This document shows positions 9,313 through 20,557 of a stretch of DNA of 64,000 nt, piece by piece. Source of the stretch: Candidatus Poribacteria bacterium. GTDB lineage: Bacteria; Poribacteria; WGA-4E; UBA9662. Under the pieces are notes generated by a model. The model did no database searches. It was not told the origin of the DNA and saw only the letters and a list, made by a program, of their open reading frames with translations. Each line of letters starts with the position of its first letter. The first letter of the stretch is position 1. A program made the position numbers and the translations under genes. The stretch lies in the NCBI GenBank assembly GCA_036339735.1, contig JAYZAL010000019.1, forward strand, positions 1 through 64,000, read 5' to 3'.

Positions 9313-11373
9313 TTAAACTGATTCTTCACACAAAAACAAATCAAGTTTTTTTTCTGCTGCGACAATAGAAATCTGTTCTTCAACTTGAGCATTTGGATAT
9401 CTTAGTGCCGCAGCCACTCCCATTAGGAGTGTCTCATAAGGCAAACCTTCTTGTTTACATAAGTTAATCGGTCCTAGTAACCGCTCGAATTTGCCCAACT
9501 TTCTCACCGGATCTCTTGCATTCCGTTCGATAGTATCACGGATGCTTTCATCCTGATACTTTGCTAAGGCTCGACGACACCATACCTCCTGATCGTCAGC
9601 ATCAAACCTATAAGCTGACACTAAAGCAGCGGAAGACTCCATTCCTGCCTGAAGTGCAATTTTTGCAATTTTGGAGTCATTTGCAGCGTCTGACAACCAT
9701 TGATACCCTTTCAGGTAACCTATGTAGGAAACCATAGCATTAACACAATTATATGTGAATAGTTTTCGGGTCAATTCTCTTTCGAAATCTGGCAAGGGTT
9801 CAAACCCTAAAACATCCGGCGTCGTTAATAGTGCATTACCATCCATAGGTAGAGTCCAGTGGTTTTGGATTTGAACCGTCATTGGAGGTTGGCTAGATGT
9901 CGGCTCAATACAAGAACGTAACACTTGAGCCTGAGAAACACCTAAGTTTTTTTCAATTAGTTGTTTTTCTTCATGATTAGCACCATCTAGAAGTGTTGTG
10001 CGAACTAATTCAGCAGGTCTTGGGTGATTCTCAGCGGTAATGATATCAATGGGACCATTACGAAGACGTTTACACAACATAGATCGAATACTATGTGCCC
10101 ATGTCTGCAAATAATTAGCTCCCATTGAAGTCATAAGCAAGGATGATTTCAACATCAAACTATCAATTTCTTGTGTGCTATGAATTACATCTTTGACTTT
10201 GACTTTTTGGAATTGTTGTGTGGATAAGTTATATACTTCCCATTGTTTCGATTGACTTAATTGCTTTACAGTAGGTAAATGAGAATCGACCAGTATTGTT
10301 TCCCAGCCGGACCTCATCAATAACTGTGCTAAAAACCCTCTACCTACTTTACCTGATCCGAATATAATTGCCAGCTTTGGTACCTTCGCCAGCTTGGCAA
10401 TTCCCAGAGCACTTACTTCCGATCCTGCCATAAATTTCGAATTCCTTGAACTAACAATCTCTGGTATGTTTGCTAGACCTCCACCAATCCACATTTCTAA
10501 TTTCGCAAATTGATCTCGGATGTTCATGATCGGTTGATTTATAACTTCTAAGCCTAAACTGACCTTAGCAGATGGTGTAGCGTTATAACTCAGAGATGGC
10601 AGTCGACCTATTGGAGGCAACCAACTCATTCCTTTGATATGTTTGCCTCCAACTTGTCCTACATGTTCAGTGGTATTGGCCAAGTTGAATAACACACCTT
10701 CGTGTGCCCCCAAACCTATAACACCTGCAGTAAGATCGTCACAACCACAAATCACTTCGGCTTTATGTCTAATACCAGATAGTCTTGCTCCTTCTGGTGA
10801 AACAGTTCCGATCACTTCCTCCGGTAACTTATAATGGCCTTCACCTGCGAAACCACGCATGGAACGAGAATCTCTAGCAACTACTCCTGTGAGCTGCCAG
10901 TTGTACATATCTTTCAGTTGGACTGCTACACCGTCTCCAATAGGACCATTTTCTTTTTCCCATTGTGCTACTCTGGAAGGAACCCAAAACCGAGTATTCG
11001 GCAAAATATGTTCTCCTTGAATCTCTCTAATACATTCGTCAGGTAATGGCTCAAACCAATTGATTATTCTCCCTTGAATTTGATTATCCCTAATCACAAC
11101 TACCGAAGGTCCATGTGTAGTTATACCTACACGGTCAATCTTTTCGCCTCTATTTCCTAGCCATTTCCTTAGGTTTTTCCAAAGTCCTTCTTCTGAAGGC
11201 CAAGAATGTAATTGCCAACTAGAATCATCAGCCAGTAGCAAAACTTTTGTAGCCGTTGTTCCGACATCGATTCCTAATGTTAAACGACCTTCTAATTTTT
11301 TTGAGGATATGGATTGGTTCTTTTTCATATCTTGGTAATAGCCATCATTATTTTTACTTTCTCTTTTCACCAA
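9313..11373 (-). CDS. Fusion of compact FGGY-type carbohydrate kinase and mannitol-1-phosphate 5-dehydrogenase-like domain
   Basis: N-terminal 'LGIDVGTTATK', 'GGGLAN', 'EVSALG'; C-terminal 'FGSGKVGRGF', 'RKLFTYN', 'RDPVRKL'; GGAGG RBS before TTG start. Confidence 0.8.
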   Translation of the reverse strand: MVKRESKNNDGYYQDMKKNQSISSKKLEGRLTLGIDVGTTATKVLLLADDSSWQLHSWPSEEGLWKNLRKWLGNRGEKIDRVGITTHGPSVVVIRDNQIQGRIINWFEPLPDECIREIQGEHILPNTRFWVPSRVAQWEKENGPIGDGVAVQLKDMYNWQLTGVVARDSRSMRGFAGEGHYKLPEEVIGTVSPEGARLSGIRHKAEVICGCDDLTAGVIGLGAHEGVLFNLANTTEHVGQVGGKHIKGMSWLPPIGRLPSLSYNATPSAKVSLGLEVINQPIMNIRDQFAKLEMWIGGGLANIPEIVSSRNSKFMAGSEVSALGIAKLAKVPKLAIIFGSGKVGRGFLAQLLMRSGWETILVDSHLPTVKQLSQSKQWEVYNLSTQQFQKVKVKDVIHSTQEIDSLMLKSSLLMTSMGANYLQTWAHSIRSMLCKRLRNGPIDIITAENHPRPAELVRTTLLDGANHEEKQLIEKNLGVSQAQVLRSCIEPTSSQPPMTVQIQNHWTLPMDGNALLTTPDVLGFEPLPDFERELTRKLFTYNCVNAMVSYIGYLKGYQWLSDAANDSKIAKIALQAGMESSAALVSAYRFDADDQEVWCRRALAKYQDESIRDTIERNARDPVRKLGKFERLLGPINLCKQEGLPYETLLMGVAAALRYPNAQVEEQISIVAAEKKLDLFLCEESV

Positions 11374-11733
11374 ACACTAAACCTCCATTTTTCGTCTGCC
11401 AAATCTTATTGAATTACTATGTACGCCGTCTCAGATTAAACCTCTAGTTTAATTTTATTAAAGAAACAAATAACGCACACATTAAACAGCCCAATACCAA
11501 GCAAATCTAGAAATACCAAACCAATCGAAAAAATTTCGCTATAAGAAAAATTCACTAACTATTCATAAACAGGTATTGAGAATACTCAATTCTTTTGGAT
11601 AAAATTTCTCTTAGCCAATATTCATTCTGCATACATCTTATAACAACAGCAACCAATATAACTACTAGGATAGCTATTTAGAATTGAAGCCGTCATTTTA
11701 CAATATAAGATGATACACATCAAAAGGAAAACA

Positions 11734-12183
11734 ATGAGAGCTATAGTACAACGAGTAAAATCAGCCAATGTTCAAATAGATGAACAATTAGTAGCAGAAA
11801 TTGAAAGTGGATTATTAATTTTTCTGGGTATTTCAATAGATGACCAACAATCGGATATTGATTACTTAATAAGCAAAATCGCCAATTTACGAATTTTTCG
11901 CGATGATGATCTGCGTATGAACAAATCCTTGCTCGACGTTGGTGGGCAAGCTTTGGTTGTTTCCCAATTCACTTTGTATGGTGACTGTCGAAAAGGTCGC
12001 CGGCCAAATTTTAGCCAAGCGGCAAAACCTGAACAAGCCCACCAGTTATACCAAGTTTTTATTAACCAACTACGACAACTGGGAGTTGATGTAGAAACCG
12101 GAGTGTTCCAAGCAACAATGGATGTCGGATTAACTAACGATGGCCCAGTCACCATTTTACTAGATAGCAAAAAGTTATTCTAA
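11734..12183 (+). CDS. dtd: D-aminoacyl-tRNA deacylase
   Basis: MRAIVQRV start, 'SQFTL', 'KGRRPNF', 'NDGPVT'. Confidence 0.97.
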   Translation: MRAIVQRVKSANVQIDEQLVAEIESGLLIFLGISIDDQQSDIDYLISKIANLRIFRDDDLRMNKSLLDVGGQALVVSQFTLYGDCRKGRRPNFSQAAKPEQAHQLYQVFINQLRQLGVDVETGVFQATMDVGLTNDGPVTILLDSKKLF

Positions 12184-13313
12184 GATTTTCTTCTCAGGTG
12201 GTAGACTGAAATCGTTTGCCACTTTTTATTACTTCGGTGGGTAGAGACTCGAGCCTTATACTGTTCATGACTCTTAAAGCCAAAATGATCAATCAAGTCC
12301 GTTAATTTTTTGATAGCGTTCGGGCCTGAATGATCAGCGTAACCCAAGAGTAAATCACCATTCGGTTTCAAATGATTACCGACTTGCTCAAAAAAACTGG
12401 TAAGTATCTTTTGTTTTTCGTCGTTGGTGGGTAATTCTGATCGACTTCTACTCCGAGCTACCACCCAAGGCGCATTAAACAAAATAACATTAAATATTTT
12501 ATCTGATATCCCCTGAAATAAATCGCTGTGATAAACGCTCACTAGATCAAATTTTCGATGATTTTTCAGATTAATCTTTGCTGTAGCAAGAGCTTCAGGC
12601 ATAATATCAACGGCAGTAACTTGAGCCTTTGGGAACTCGGTTCTAGCCATAATAGTCAATACACCTGAACCACATCCCAGATCCAGTATTTGATCAGGAT
12701 ACGATAGACTTTTTAAACCTTGTCTAAACAAGTCTGTAGTTTCTTGGGATTTCGGCGGTAGAACGCACCGACCTGCCAGAAAAGGAAATTCAAATCCTTC
12801 TAGCATATACTCAACTGATAATGCACTTTGTATATCAGTTAGTTGCTCCCAAGATAACAAAAATGGAAATTCACCGTTAGCTCCCTCTAATTCACCAATC
12901 AACTCGATCAGAAACGGCAGTTCAGGAGAAGGATCTAACTGCAATTTACCCTCTGAATCTGCCACAACCATCAACCTTTTTTGTGGCTCAATCCCAGTTG
13001 GTTTAGTACGTTCCCTTCTGGCAGAAGTTCTATTACGTCGATCTCTTTTCCGATCGTAAGTCGGTTTTTCATACGAAACGAGTTCATTCCGTCTCCTCTG
13101 CAAATATTCTGCTAATCGCTGAATTTCATTCTGTGCCCCTGAGACCAGTGCCAATCCTCCCCTCTTTAAATGGGTAAAAATGCGATTAGGTTGTCGTATA
13201 TCTGAATCATCAAAGAACTTGATTGAGTTCGATTCGACAACTAAGGGTCTAGAATTCGCTGGTAAATATACTTCACCAATCGGACGAATATGATGTGTTG
13301 AATTGCTTTCCAT
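12180..13313 (-). CDS. Class I SAM-dependent methyltransferase (HemK/MTS-like)
   Basis: 'ILDLGCGSG' motif I and 'FNAPW' motif IV. Confidence 0.85.
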   Translation of the reverse strand: MESNSTHHIRPIGEVYLPANSRPLVVESNSIKFFDDSDIRQPNRIFTHLKRGGLALVSGAQNEIQRLAEYLQRRRNELVSYEKPTYDRKRDRRNRTSARRERTKPTGIEPQKRLMVVADSEGKLQLDPSPELPFLIELIGELEGANGEFPFLLSWEQLTDIQSALSVEYMLEGFEFPFLAGRCVLPPKSQETTDLFRQGLKSLSYPDQILDLGCGSGVLTIMARTEFPKAQVTAVDIMPEALATAKINLKNHRKFDLVSVYHSDLFQGISDKIFNVILFNAPWVVARSRSRSELPTNDEKQKILTSFFEQVGNHLKPNGDLLLGYADHSGPNAIKKLTDLIDHFGFKSHEQYKARVSTHRSNKKWQTISVYHLRRKS

Positions 13314-13317
13314 TATC

Positions 13318-16300
13318 TCAACAAAAATAGAACGGTTTCAGGAATTTTCCAGTGTGTGAAGCTTCGGTCTGCGCAATTTTATCTGGAGGTCCAAATGCCA
13401 ATAATTCTCCACCACCTTTCCCACCTTCAGGACCTATGTCTATGACCCAATCCGCACAACGGATTACATCTAGATTATGTTCAATAATAACCACAGTATT
13501 ATCTTTCTTGATTAATTCATTGATAACTTTCATCAATTGAGATACATCAGCAGGATGTAGGCCTGTAGTTGGCTCATCCATGAGATATAGAGTATGTCCA
13601 CGACTACGACGGACCAACTCTGAGGAAAGTTTTATGCGTTGAGCTTCCCCACTAGACAATGTCGTACTGGGTTGTCCCAGCTGCATGTAGCCCAAGCCTA
13701 CATCTCTAACAATTTGAAGCGGATTCAAAATATTAGATTGATCAGAGAAAAAATCACAAGCCTCGTCGACTGTCATCCGTAAGACTTGAGCAATATTTTT
13801 CCCCTTATATCGAACCTCCAATGTTTCTCGATGATAACCAGTACCATCACAAATATCACATTTGACCCACACATCAGGTAGAAAGTACATCTCAACCTGA
13901 TTATATCCCAACCCCAAACAAGCTTCGCATTGACCAACAGTCATGTTAAAACTAAACCGGAGTGAATTATATCCGCGTGTTTGCGCACTATCCAGAGATG
14001 CAAATAAGTTTCGAATTTTAGTAAAAATATCAGTATAAGTAGCCAAGTTAGATCTTGGACTTTCCCCAATTGGCGCTTGATCGATGTTAATTATGGTATT
14101 GATGTTTTCAATTCCTTGTACTTTTCTGGCCAAAGTCTGCTCTGGAATACGACTATGATTTATATGTGCGGATACTATTGGAAAAAGTGTGTGCTCTATC
14201 AATGAGCTTTTTCCACAACCGGATACACCAGTTACACAAGTCAATGCCCCAACCGGAACCGAGACGTTGATATCTTTCAGATTATTTGTGTTTACTCCAA
14301 TTAGGTCAATTGTACGCTGCCCAGAATCACCTAAATTTACCTTAACCTTCTTTCGATCAGGTAAGAACTGGCTAAGTTTATCATCAGATAAATACCTACC
14401 AGTCTGTGAATCAGGATTATTTTGAATTTCGCTGGGAGTTCCCTGGGCCACGATCCTTCCACCTTTTACTCCTGCTCCTGGACCAAATTCAATCAAATGG
14501 TCAGATTGATTAATAGTCGAAGTATCATGTTCAACGACCAAAATACTATTACCCAAATCACGTAAGCGCTTCATTGCGTTGATTAGTCTTTGATTATCTC
14601 TTTGATGCAAACCGATTGTTGGTTCATCTAAAATATAGGTTACACCAGTTAACCCGCTACCGAGTTGATTGGCAAGCTGAATACGCTGCAATTCACCACC
14701 AGAAAGTGTAGGCGCAATATTGTTTAATGTAAGATAATGAAGCCCAATATCATCCAAAAACTGGAAGCGTTTTTTAATTTCGATTAGTAGTTCACCTGCA
14801 ACTTCCTGATGATACTTATTTAGTTCAAGTTGCTGAAAGAACTGATTTGCTGAATCGATGGATAAATTCGTCAATTCAGGAAGTGTAAGGGAATCAACTG
14901 TGACATGACGAAAAAAAGGTTGTAATCTCGTTCCTTCACACTCGGGACAGGGAGATGCTGACTGCCCTATTACCCCGAGGCCAGTACAAGTTGGACATTG
15001 ACCAATAGAACTATTAAAGGAGAATTGTTGAGGTACGAGTTCAGGAAAGACTATATCACAGGATAGACAAACAAACTGAGTTGTAAATGATTGATAATTC
15101 GGTTGTCCTGAACTTGATTCAGGTTCAATTCGAACAGTCAATGAACCCATACTTTTAGAAATAGCTACTTCAACGGCCTCTGCCAGGCGACTTTTTTCTA
15201 GGTGTTTCTTATCAAGCACCATACGATCAACCACCAAGTTTATTGTCTTTGAGCTAGAAATCAAATCCAACGGAGCTTGATCCAAAGAATAAATTTGCTG
15301 ATTAACTTCTATCCGTGCGTAACCTTCTCGTAACAGATTTTTGCAGATTTCCTCGCTATTATGATCAGGAAACAGATCTAGCAAATTCAAAGGAGAAAGA
15401 ATATGAATGCGAGATCGATTTGGCATCAATTCTATACTACCCACAATTTCTTGGATAGTTTTTGCCTGAACTGGTTGGTGGCAATGAAAACAATGCGCTT
15501 TTCCAATCCTAGCATATAGAACCCGTAGGTAATCGTAGATCTCGGTTATTGTCCCAACGGTCGACCGAGGATTTCTATTCTGATCTTTTCGTTCAATTGC
15601 AATAGCAGGAGATAAACCTTCAATGCGTTCCACCTTTGGCTTGTTCACTTGCCCCAAAAACTGCCTAGCATAAGAAGATAAAGATTCTATATACCTGCGC
15701 TGTCCTTCTGCGTATATCGTATCCAATGCTAGTGATGACTTGCCTGATCCACTGACTCCTGTAAAAGTCGTCAGTTTTCCGTGTGGAATTTCAACCGTAA
15801 TCTCTTTCAAATTATGCTCACTGGCACTAGATACTCTAATATGACTATCGGAAGTAAAATTTGTTCTTTTTGTTGACTCTAACAGCAACTGTGAGACCGA
15901 TCGATCTAAATGCTTCGTGTTAGCTAAAATTTTAGTACGAGAGAAAAGGTCTTTCAGAGCCTGGCCAGTGTAGGAGATGTCGGCTTCGGTAATTTTTTCT
16001 GGCGTACCCGTGGCAACAACTTGTCCACCATTTTCTCCACCATCAGGCCCCAGATCAATAATATGATCCGCTGTTTTGATGACATCTAGATTGTGTTCAA
16101 TCACGACAACTGTATTACCCGAGTCTACCAATTTATGCAAAGAAAGAAGTAATTTTTGTATATCATCAAAATGAAGTCCTGTGGTTGGCTCGTCCAAAAT
16201 ATATAATGTCTTACCCGTACTTCTCTTAGATAATTCACGAGCTAATTTGATACGCTGTGCTTCTCCTCCAGATAAAGTCGGCGATGGTTGTCCTACTTTC

Positions 16301-18846
16301 ATGTATTCCATTCCAACATCTTGGAGTGTTTGTAATATTTTAGCAATTTTAGGAATAGCGCTAAAGTGTTGTAGTGCCTCTTGAACATCCATCTCCAAAA
16401 CTTCAGCAATTGACTTATTTTTGTATTTGATCGATAGGGTTTCCTGATTGTATCTAGACCCGTTACAAATATTGCACTTTACCCAAACATCTGCTAAAAA
16501 TTGCAGCTCAATTTTTTTGGCACCGTTTCCCTCACAAGCTTCACAACGACCTCCTTTAACATTGAAACTAAATCGACCGGGCTTATAGCCCCGCAATTTT
16601 GACTCTGAGATCCCGGCATAGAAAGTGCGGATGTGATCAAACAACTTAGTATAAGTAGCTGGGTTCGAACGAGGAATACGACCAATAGGAGTTTGATCAA
16701 TAGCTATCACCTTGTCGACTGCTGCCCGTAGATCAGATACGAGTTGATCACCTGCTACAATTTTTATATCTTGGTGGTTTCCAGGAACAGCTTGCGCTCT
16801 CATTAGGTCTCGGCTTAGTGCTGGATGCAAAATGTCATTAACCAACGAACTTTTCCCTGATCCACTAACGCCGGTGACACATGTAAACGTACCAATTGGA
16901 ATTTTGACAGAAATATTTTTCAGGTTATTTTGTGTTGCACCTTGAATTTGAATATGTAATGGTTGTCCTTGATCATTGACTTTGGCTTGGCGTCGCTCTT
17001 GGGGAATTGATATTTTTAGTTCTTGGCGCAGGTACTTAGCTGTCAGAGATTGAGCCGTCTTTGCTACCTGAATCGGTTTGCCCATCGCCACAATCTCACC
17101 ACCTTTTACTCCTGCTCCTGGACCAAAATCAACTAGTAAATCCGCATTCCACATAGTATCTTCATCGTGCTCAACAACAATCACGGTATTTCCTTGATCG
17201 CGCAATTCATTCAATGTAGACAATAAGTGGTTATTGTCCCGAGGATGTAAACCAATACTAGGTTCATCCAAAACATAAATCACATTTTGTAATCCTGCAC
17301 CGATTTGAGACGCAAGTCTAATTCTTTGGGATTCACCTCCTGACAGCGTTTGAGCTTTTCTATTCAACGATAAATAACCAAGCCCAACATTGACCAAAAA
17401 ACCTAATCGCCCCTTGATTTCTTTCAACAATTCGCCTGCAATTAACTCCTGTTTATCTGTAAGAATCAGGCCTTCAAAGAAAGATAAACAATCGTTAATT
17501 GTTATATCTGTAACATCAACGATCGACCGATTTTCGATAGTTACAGCTTGGACCGATCGTTTAATTCGTTTACCATTACAATCAGGACAAGAAGCCGAAG
17601 CTAAATATTTTTTGGCTGATTGTAACCACTTTTGATTTCCTTGTTCCTGTGCATAAATGATCTCTGAAGCCAAGTCAGCTAACACACCATCGTAAGACCT
17701 ACGACGCTTATGTCGCCGACTGCGATACCACCGATAGATGATCGGAATTTTTTCTCCTTGAGTACCATGTAACACTATCGACCGATGCTTGTCAGTTAAC
17801 TCTGACCAGGGTTGATCCAAACTAAACTGGTAATAATCCGCTAGGCTATGAGCTAAAAACCGATCACTATCTCGTTCTAATTTTTTCCAAGGTAAGACTG
17901 CACCCCCTGAAATAGATAATGAGTTATCTGGTACTACCAGATCTGGTTGGACCGTTTCAATAGTGCCTAAACCATTACAAGTTGGACACATACCAGATGG
18001 ACTATTGAAGGAGAAATCTTTAGGGGTTGGAGGCTCAACACTAATTTGACAAGCAGAACAGGTAAGATTTTTACTAAAAAATATATCTTCTGTAGACTGT
18101 TGCGACCCATCCACAATACTAAGAATCAAGTTTCCAGTTCCCATTTTGAGAGCGGCATTAACCGAGTTGGCTAGTCGTGTCCTAATATCAGCTTTCCGAA
18201 CTAGGCGATCAGTCACAATTTCTATGTTATTACGTTGACGTGTATCAACAATAATCTCCTGACCTAATTCATGTATTTTGCCGTTGATTCTTACTCTGAC
18301 ATACCCAGCTCGGAAAGCATCATCCAATTCACGCCGATGTCTCCCTCTGCGACCACGAACTATAGGAGCTAAAATCAAAAATCGGGTTTCTTCCGGCAAG
18401 GACATGATTTGATCAATAATCTGATCGGCTGTTTGAGACGTCAGAGGATTACCACATTCAGGACAGTGACATTTTCCGACATTCGTGTACAAAACACGCA
18501 TATAATCATAAATATCAGTGATAGTAGCAACAGTCGATCGCGGATTATTAACGACCGATTTTTGATCAATAGATATGGAAGGAGAAAGACCACTGATGGA
18601 TTTCACTTCAGGCTTCTCTATCTGCCCTAAGAATTGACGAGCATAGGAAGACAAAGATTCAATGTAGCGACGTTGACCTTCGGCATAAATAGTATCGAAG
18701 GCTAGAGAAGACTTACCTGAACCGCTTACACCTGTAAATACAATCAGTTTATTTTTGGGTAATTGAAGATCCAAGTGACGTAGGTTGTGCTCACTGGCTC
18801 CTCGTACCTCTATAAAAGGGGTAGTAGTATTTTGCGTCTTGGACAC
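13318..18846 (-). CDS. uvrA: Excinuclease ABC subunit A, tandem-duplicated form
   Basis: Two UvrA units, each starting 'EHNL...TGVSGSGKSSLA.DTIYAEGQRRYIESLSSYARQFLG'; four Walker A motifs; Zn-finger CxxC pairs. Confidence 0.97.
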   Translation of the reverse strand: MSKTQNTTTPFIEVRGASEHNLRHLDLQLPKNKLIVFTGVSGSGKSSLAFDTIYAEGQRRYIESLSSYARQFLGQIEKPEVKSISGLSPSISIDQKSVVNNPRSTVATITDIYDYMRVLYTNVGKCHCPECGNPLTSQTADQIIDQIMSLPEETRFLILAPIVRGRRGRHRRELDDAFRAGYVRVRINGKIHELGQEIIVDTRQRNNIEIVTDRLVRKADIRTRLANSVNAALKMGTGNLILSIVDGSQQSTEDIFFSKNLTCSACQISVEPPTPKDFSFNSPSGMCPTCNGLGTIETVQPDLVVPDNSLSISGGAVLPWKKLERDSDRFLAHSLADYYQFSLDQPWSELTDKHRSIVLHGTQGEKIPIIYRWYRSRRHKRRRSYDGVLADLASEIIYAQEQGNQKWLQSAKKYLASASCPDCNGKRIKRSVQAVTIENRSIVDVTDITINDCLSFFEGLILTDKQELIAGELLKEIKGRLGFLVNVGLGYLSLNRKAQTLSGGESQRIRLASQIGAGLQNVIYVLDEPSIGLHPRDNNHLLSTLNELRDQGNTVIVVEHDEDTMWNADLLVDFGPGAGVKGGEIVAMGKPIQVAKTAQSLTAKYLRQELKISIPQERRQAKVNDQGQPLHIQIQGATQNNLKNISVKIPIGTFTCVTGVSGSGKSSLVNDILHPALSRDLMRAQAVPGNHQDIKIVAGDQLVSDLRAAVDKVIAIDQTPIGRIPRSNPATYTKLFDHIRTFYAGISESKLRGYKPGRFSFNVKGGRCEACEGNGAKKIELQFLADVWVKCNICNGSRYNQETLSIKYKNKSIAEVLEMDVQEALQHFSAIPKIAKILQTLQDVGMEYMKVGQPSPTLSGGEAQRIKLARELSKRSTGKTLYILDEPTTGLHFDDIQKLLLSLHKLVDSGNTVVVIEHNLDVIKTADHIIDLGPDGGENGGQVVATGTPEKITEADISYTGQALKDLFSRTKILANTKHLDRSVSQLLLESTKRTNFTSDSHIRVSSASEHNLKEITVEIPHGKLTTFTGVSGSGKSSLALDTIYAEGQRRYIESLSSYARQFLGQVNKPKVERIEGLSPAIAIERKDQNRNPRSTVGTITEIYDYLRVLYARIGKAHCFHCHQPVQAKTIQEIVGSIELMPNRSRIHILSPLNLLDLFPDHNSEEICKNLLREGYARIEVNQQIYSLDQAPLDLISSSKTINLVVDRMVLDKKHLEKSRLAEAVEVAISKSMGSLTVRIEPESSSGQPNYQSFTTQFVCLSCDIVFPELVPQQFSFNSSIGQCPTCTGLGVIGQSASPCPECEGTRLQPFFRHVTVDSLTLPELTNLSIDSANQFFQQLELNKYHQEVAGELLIEIKKRFQFLDDIGLHYLTLNNIAPTLSGGELQRIQLANQLGSGLTGVTYILDEPTIGLHQRDNQRLINAMKRLRDLGNSILVVEHDTSTINQSDHLIEFGPGAGVKGGRIVAQGTPSEIQNNPDSQTGRYLSDDKLSQFLPDRKKVKVNLGDSGQRTIDLIGVNTNNLKDINVSVPVGALTCVTGVSGCGKSSLIEHTLFPIVSAHINHSRIPEQTLARKVQGIENINTIINIDQAPIGESPRSNLATYTDIFTKIRNLFASLDSAQTRGYNSLRFSFNMTVGQCEACLGLGYNQVEMYFLPDVWVKCDICDGTGYHRETLEVRYKGKNIAQVLRMTVDEACDFFSDQSNILNPLQIVRDVGLGYMQLGQPSTTLSSGEAQRIKLSSELVRRSRGHTLYLMDEPTTGLHPADVSQLMKVINELIKKDNTVVIIEHNLDVIRCADWVIDIGPEGGKGGGELLAFGPPDKIAQTEASHTGKFLKPFYFC

Positions 18847-18864
18847 AAGCAGTAATTTTTCAAT

Positions 18865-19740
18865 CTACTTTTTCAATTCATCAATCATCTGAAATAGGTT
18901 TTGTAAGCAAATACGCGAAGCTTCCTCACCATCTTGAGAGAATTGACTACCTCCAGGAGTATGAACAATATCGTCTGCCAATTTAACCTGAGGTCGCCAG
19001 TGAGTCTCCAACGTGAGGTGTCCTTCATAACCATCATCAACATAAGCTTGTAGTTGGCCCGGCCAATCAATTATACCTTCACCAACTGGTACTGACTCCA
19101 TTTCGTTAGTCTCTTCATTAAGGGCTGCATCTTTAAGGTGAGCATGAACCATAAATGGCCTTAGTCGATTATAGGCGTCCGGATAGGGGGTTTCACCTTC
19201 TTCTCTAGCATGAGCCTCATTAGCTGGATCCCAGATAGCTTTAACACTCGGACTATCAATTTGGCGAATGAATCTCTCAGTCAACAATGCTGTCGCTAAC
19301 GAAGTAGAATATTCATTCTCTAAGCCTAATATAACCCCTTCACCTTCAGCAATCCGAACTGGTTCGTCGTAGGCCGATATTATCTCATCCCATCGTTGTT
19401 CTAGGTTATCAAACTTCCAAAAGGCAAAAGTCCGAATAATTTTGGCATCAAATTCATGTGCCAACTGAATGCAGTCTTTCAAAATCTGCAAGTGTTCTTT
19501 TCGAGCTTTACTATCATCAATATCACATTTAAAAAAAGGTGATGCTATACCTATAATCTGTAGGCTCGTCTTATCCAAAATCTTCTTCATTTGATCAATA
19601 TCGTTCTTGGTCAGCTCTTGCGGAGCCTTATCCCAAACGGATCGAATTTCGATTGAATCAAGATTAAACTCATTTGAAACGTTCACTACTGTTTGAAAAT
19701 CTTGCGAGACTTCGTCGCCAATAACACCAATTTTAAACAT
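18865..19740 (-). CDS. Sugar phosphate isomerase/epimerase (xylose isomerase-like TIM barrel)
   Basis: 'LGLENE', 'WDPAN', 'HAHLKD', 'TLETH' metal ligands. Confidence 0.9.
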   Translation of the reverse strand: MFKIGVIGDEVSQDFQTVVNVSNEFNLDSIEIRSVWDKAPQELTKNDIDQMKKILDKTSLQIIGIASPFFKCDIDDSKARKEHLQILKDCIQLAHEFDAKIIRTFAFWKFDNLEQRWDEIISAYDEPVRIAEGEGVILGLENEYSTSLATALLTERFIRQIDSPSVKAIWDPANEAHAREEGETPYPDAYNRLRPFMVHAHLKDAALNEETNEMESVPVGEGIIDWPGQLQAYVDDGYEGHLTLETHWRPQVKLADDIVHTPGGSQFSQDGEEASRICLQNLFQMIDELKK

Positions 19741-19771
19741 CCAAGACCCCTTATATCTTCATTTAAGTTTA

Positions 19772-20557
19772 CTATTCGTAAGTATGGTTTGAATCAGGGA
19801 AGGTATTTTCTCTTACTTCCCTCTTATAATTTGCAATTGCATCCTTAATCGTTATTCCTAGTTCCGCATAGTGTTTAACAAAGGTAGGCTTGAATCGATC
19901 AAACAAGCCCAACATATCATTAAGAACTAAGATTTGACCATCACAATCCGAACCTGCTCCGATACCAATTGTCGGTATGTTCAGGGATTTAGTGATCTTA
20001 CTGGCTAATTTTTTGGTTATTGACTCAAGAACCAACGCAAAACAGCCAGATGATTCTAGTTGCCTTGCTTGTTGTGAAATCAACTCTGCTTCTTGTACAG
20101 ATCGACCATACACTCTAAATTTATCCGCAGTTTGTGGTAATAAACCTAGATGCCCAACAGTAGGTATATTGTGTTGAGTCAAAGATTCAGTAATTTGCGG
20201 ATAACACCCCTCCAATTTGACCGCATCAGCACCAGCTGATATTAGCAATCTAGCGTTTTCGATTGCTAACTTTTCCGTAGTATAAGATCCATAAGGCAAA
20301 TCTGCCACAATCAGACAAAAATCATTTCCACGAGCCACAGCCTTCGTATGATGAACAATATCGCTCACAGTTACTTTTGATGTTGTATCATAACCCAAAA
20401 CAACCACACCTAATGTATCCCCAACGAGAATCAGGTCCACCTGAGATTGACTCAAAATTTGGGCCATTGGGTAATCATAAGCAGTCAATGCTACAATTTT
20501 TTCCCCGGTTGACTTCATATTTTGGATGCTCTCAACAGTTTTTTTTAACGAATGCAT
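19772..20557 (-). CDS. panB: 3-methyl-2-oxobutanoate hydroxymethyltransferase (start approximate)
   Basis: 'LTAYDY', 'ILVGDTLG', 'AVKLEG', 'GHLGLLPQ', 'IGIGAG..CDGQILV'. Confidence 0.97.
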   Translation of the reverse strand: MHSLKKTVESIQNMKSTGEKIVALTAYDYPMAQILSQSQVDLILVGDTLGVVVLGYDTTSKVTVSDIVHHTKAVARGNDFCLIVADLPYGSYTTEKLAIENARLLISAGADAVKLEGCYPQITESLTQHNIPTVGHLGLLPQTADKFRVYGRSVQEAELISQQARQLESSGCFALVLESITKKLASKITKSLNIPTIGIGAGSDCDGQILVLNDMLGLFDRFKPTFVKHYAELGITIKDAIANYKREVRENTFPDSNHTYE

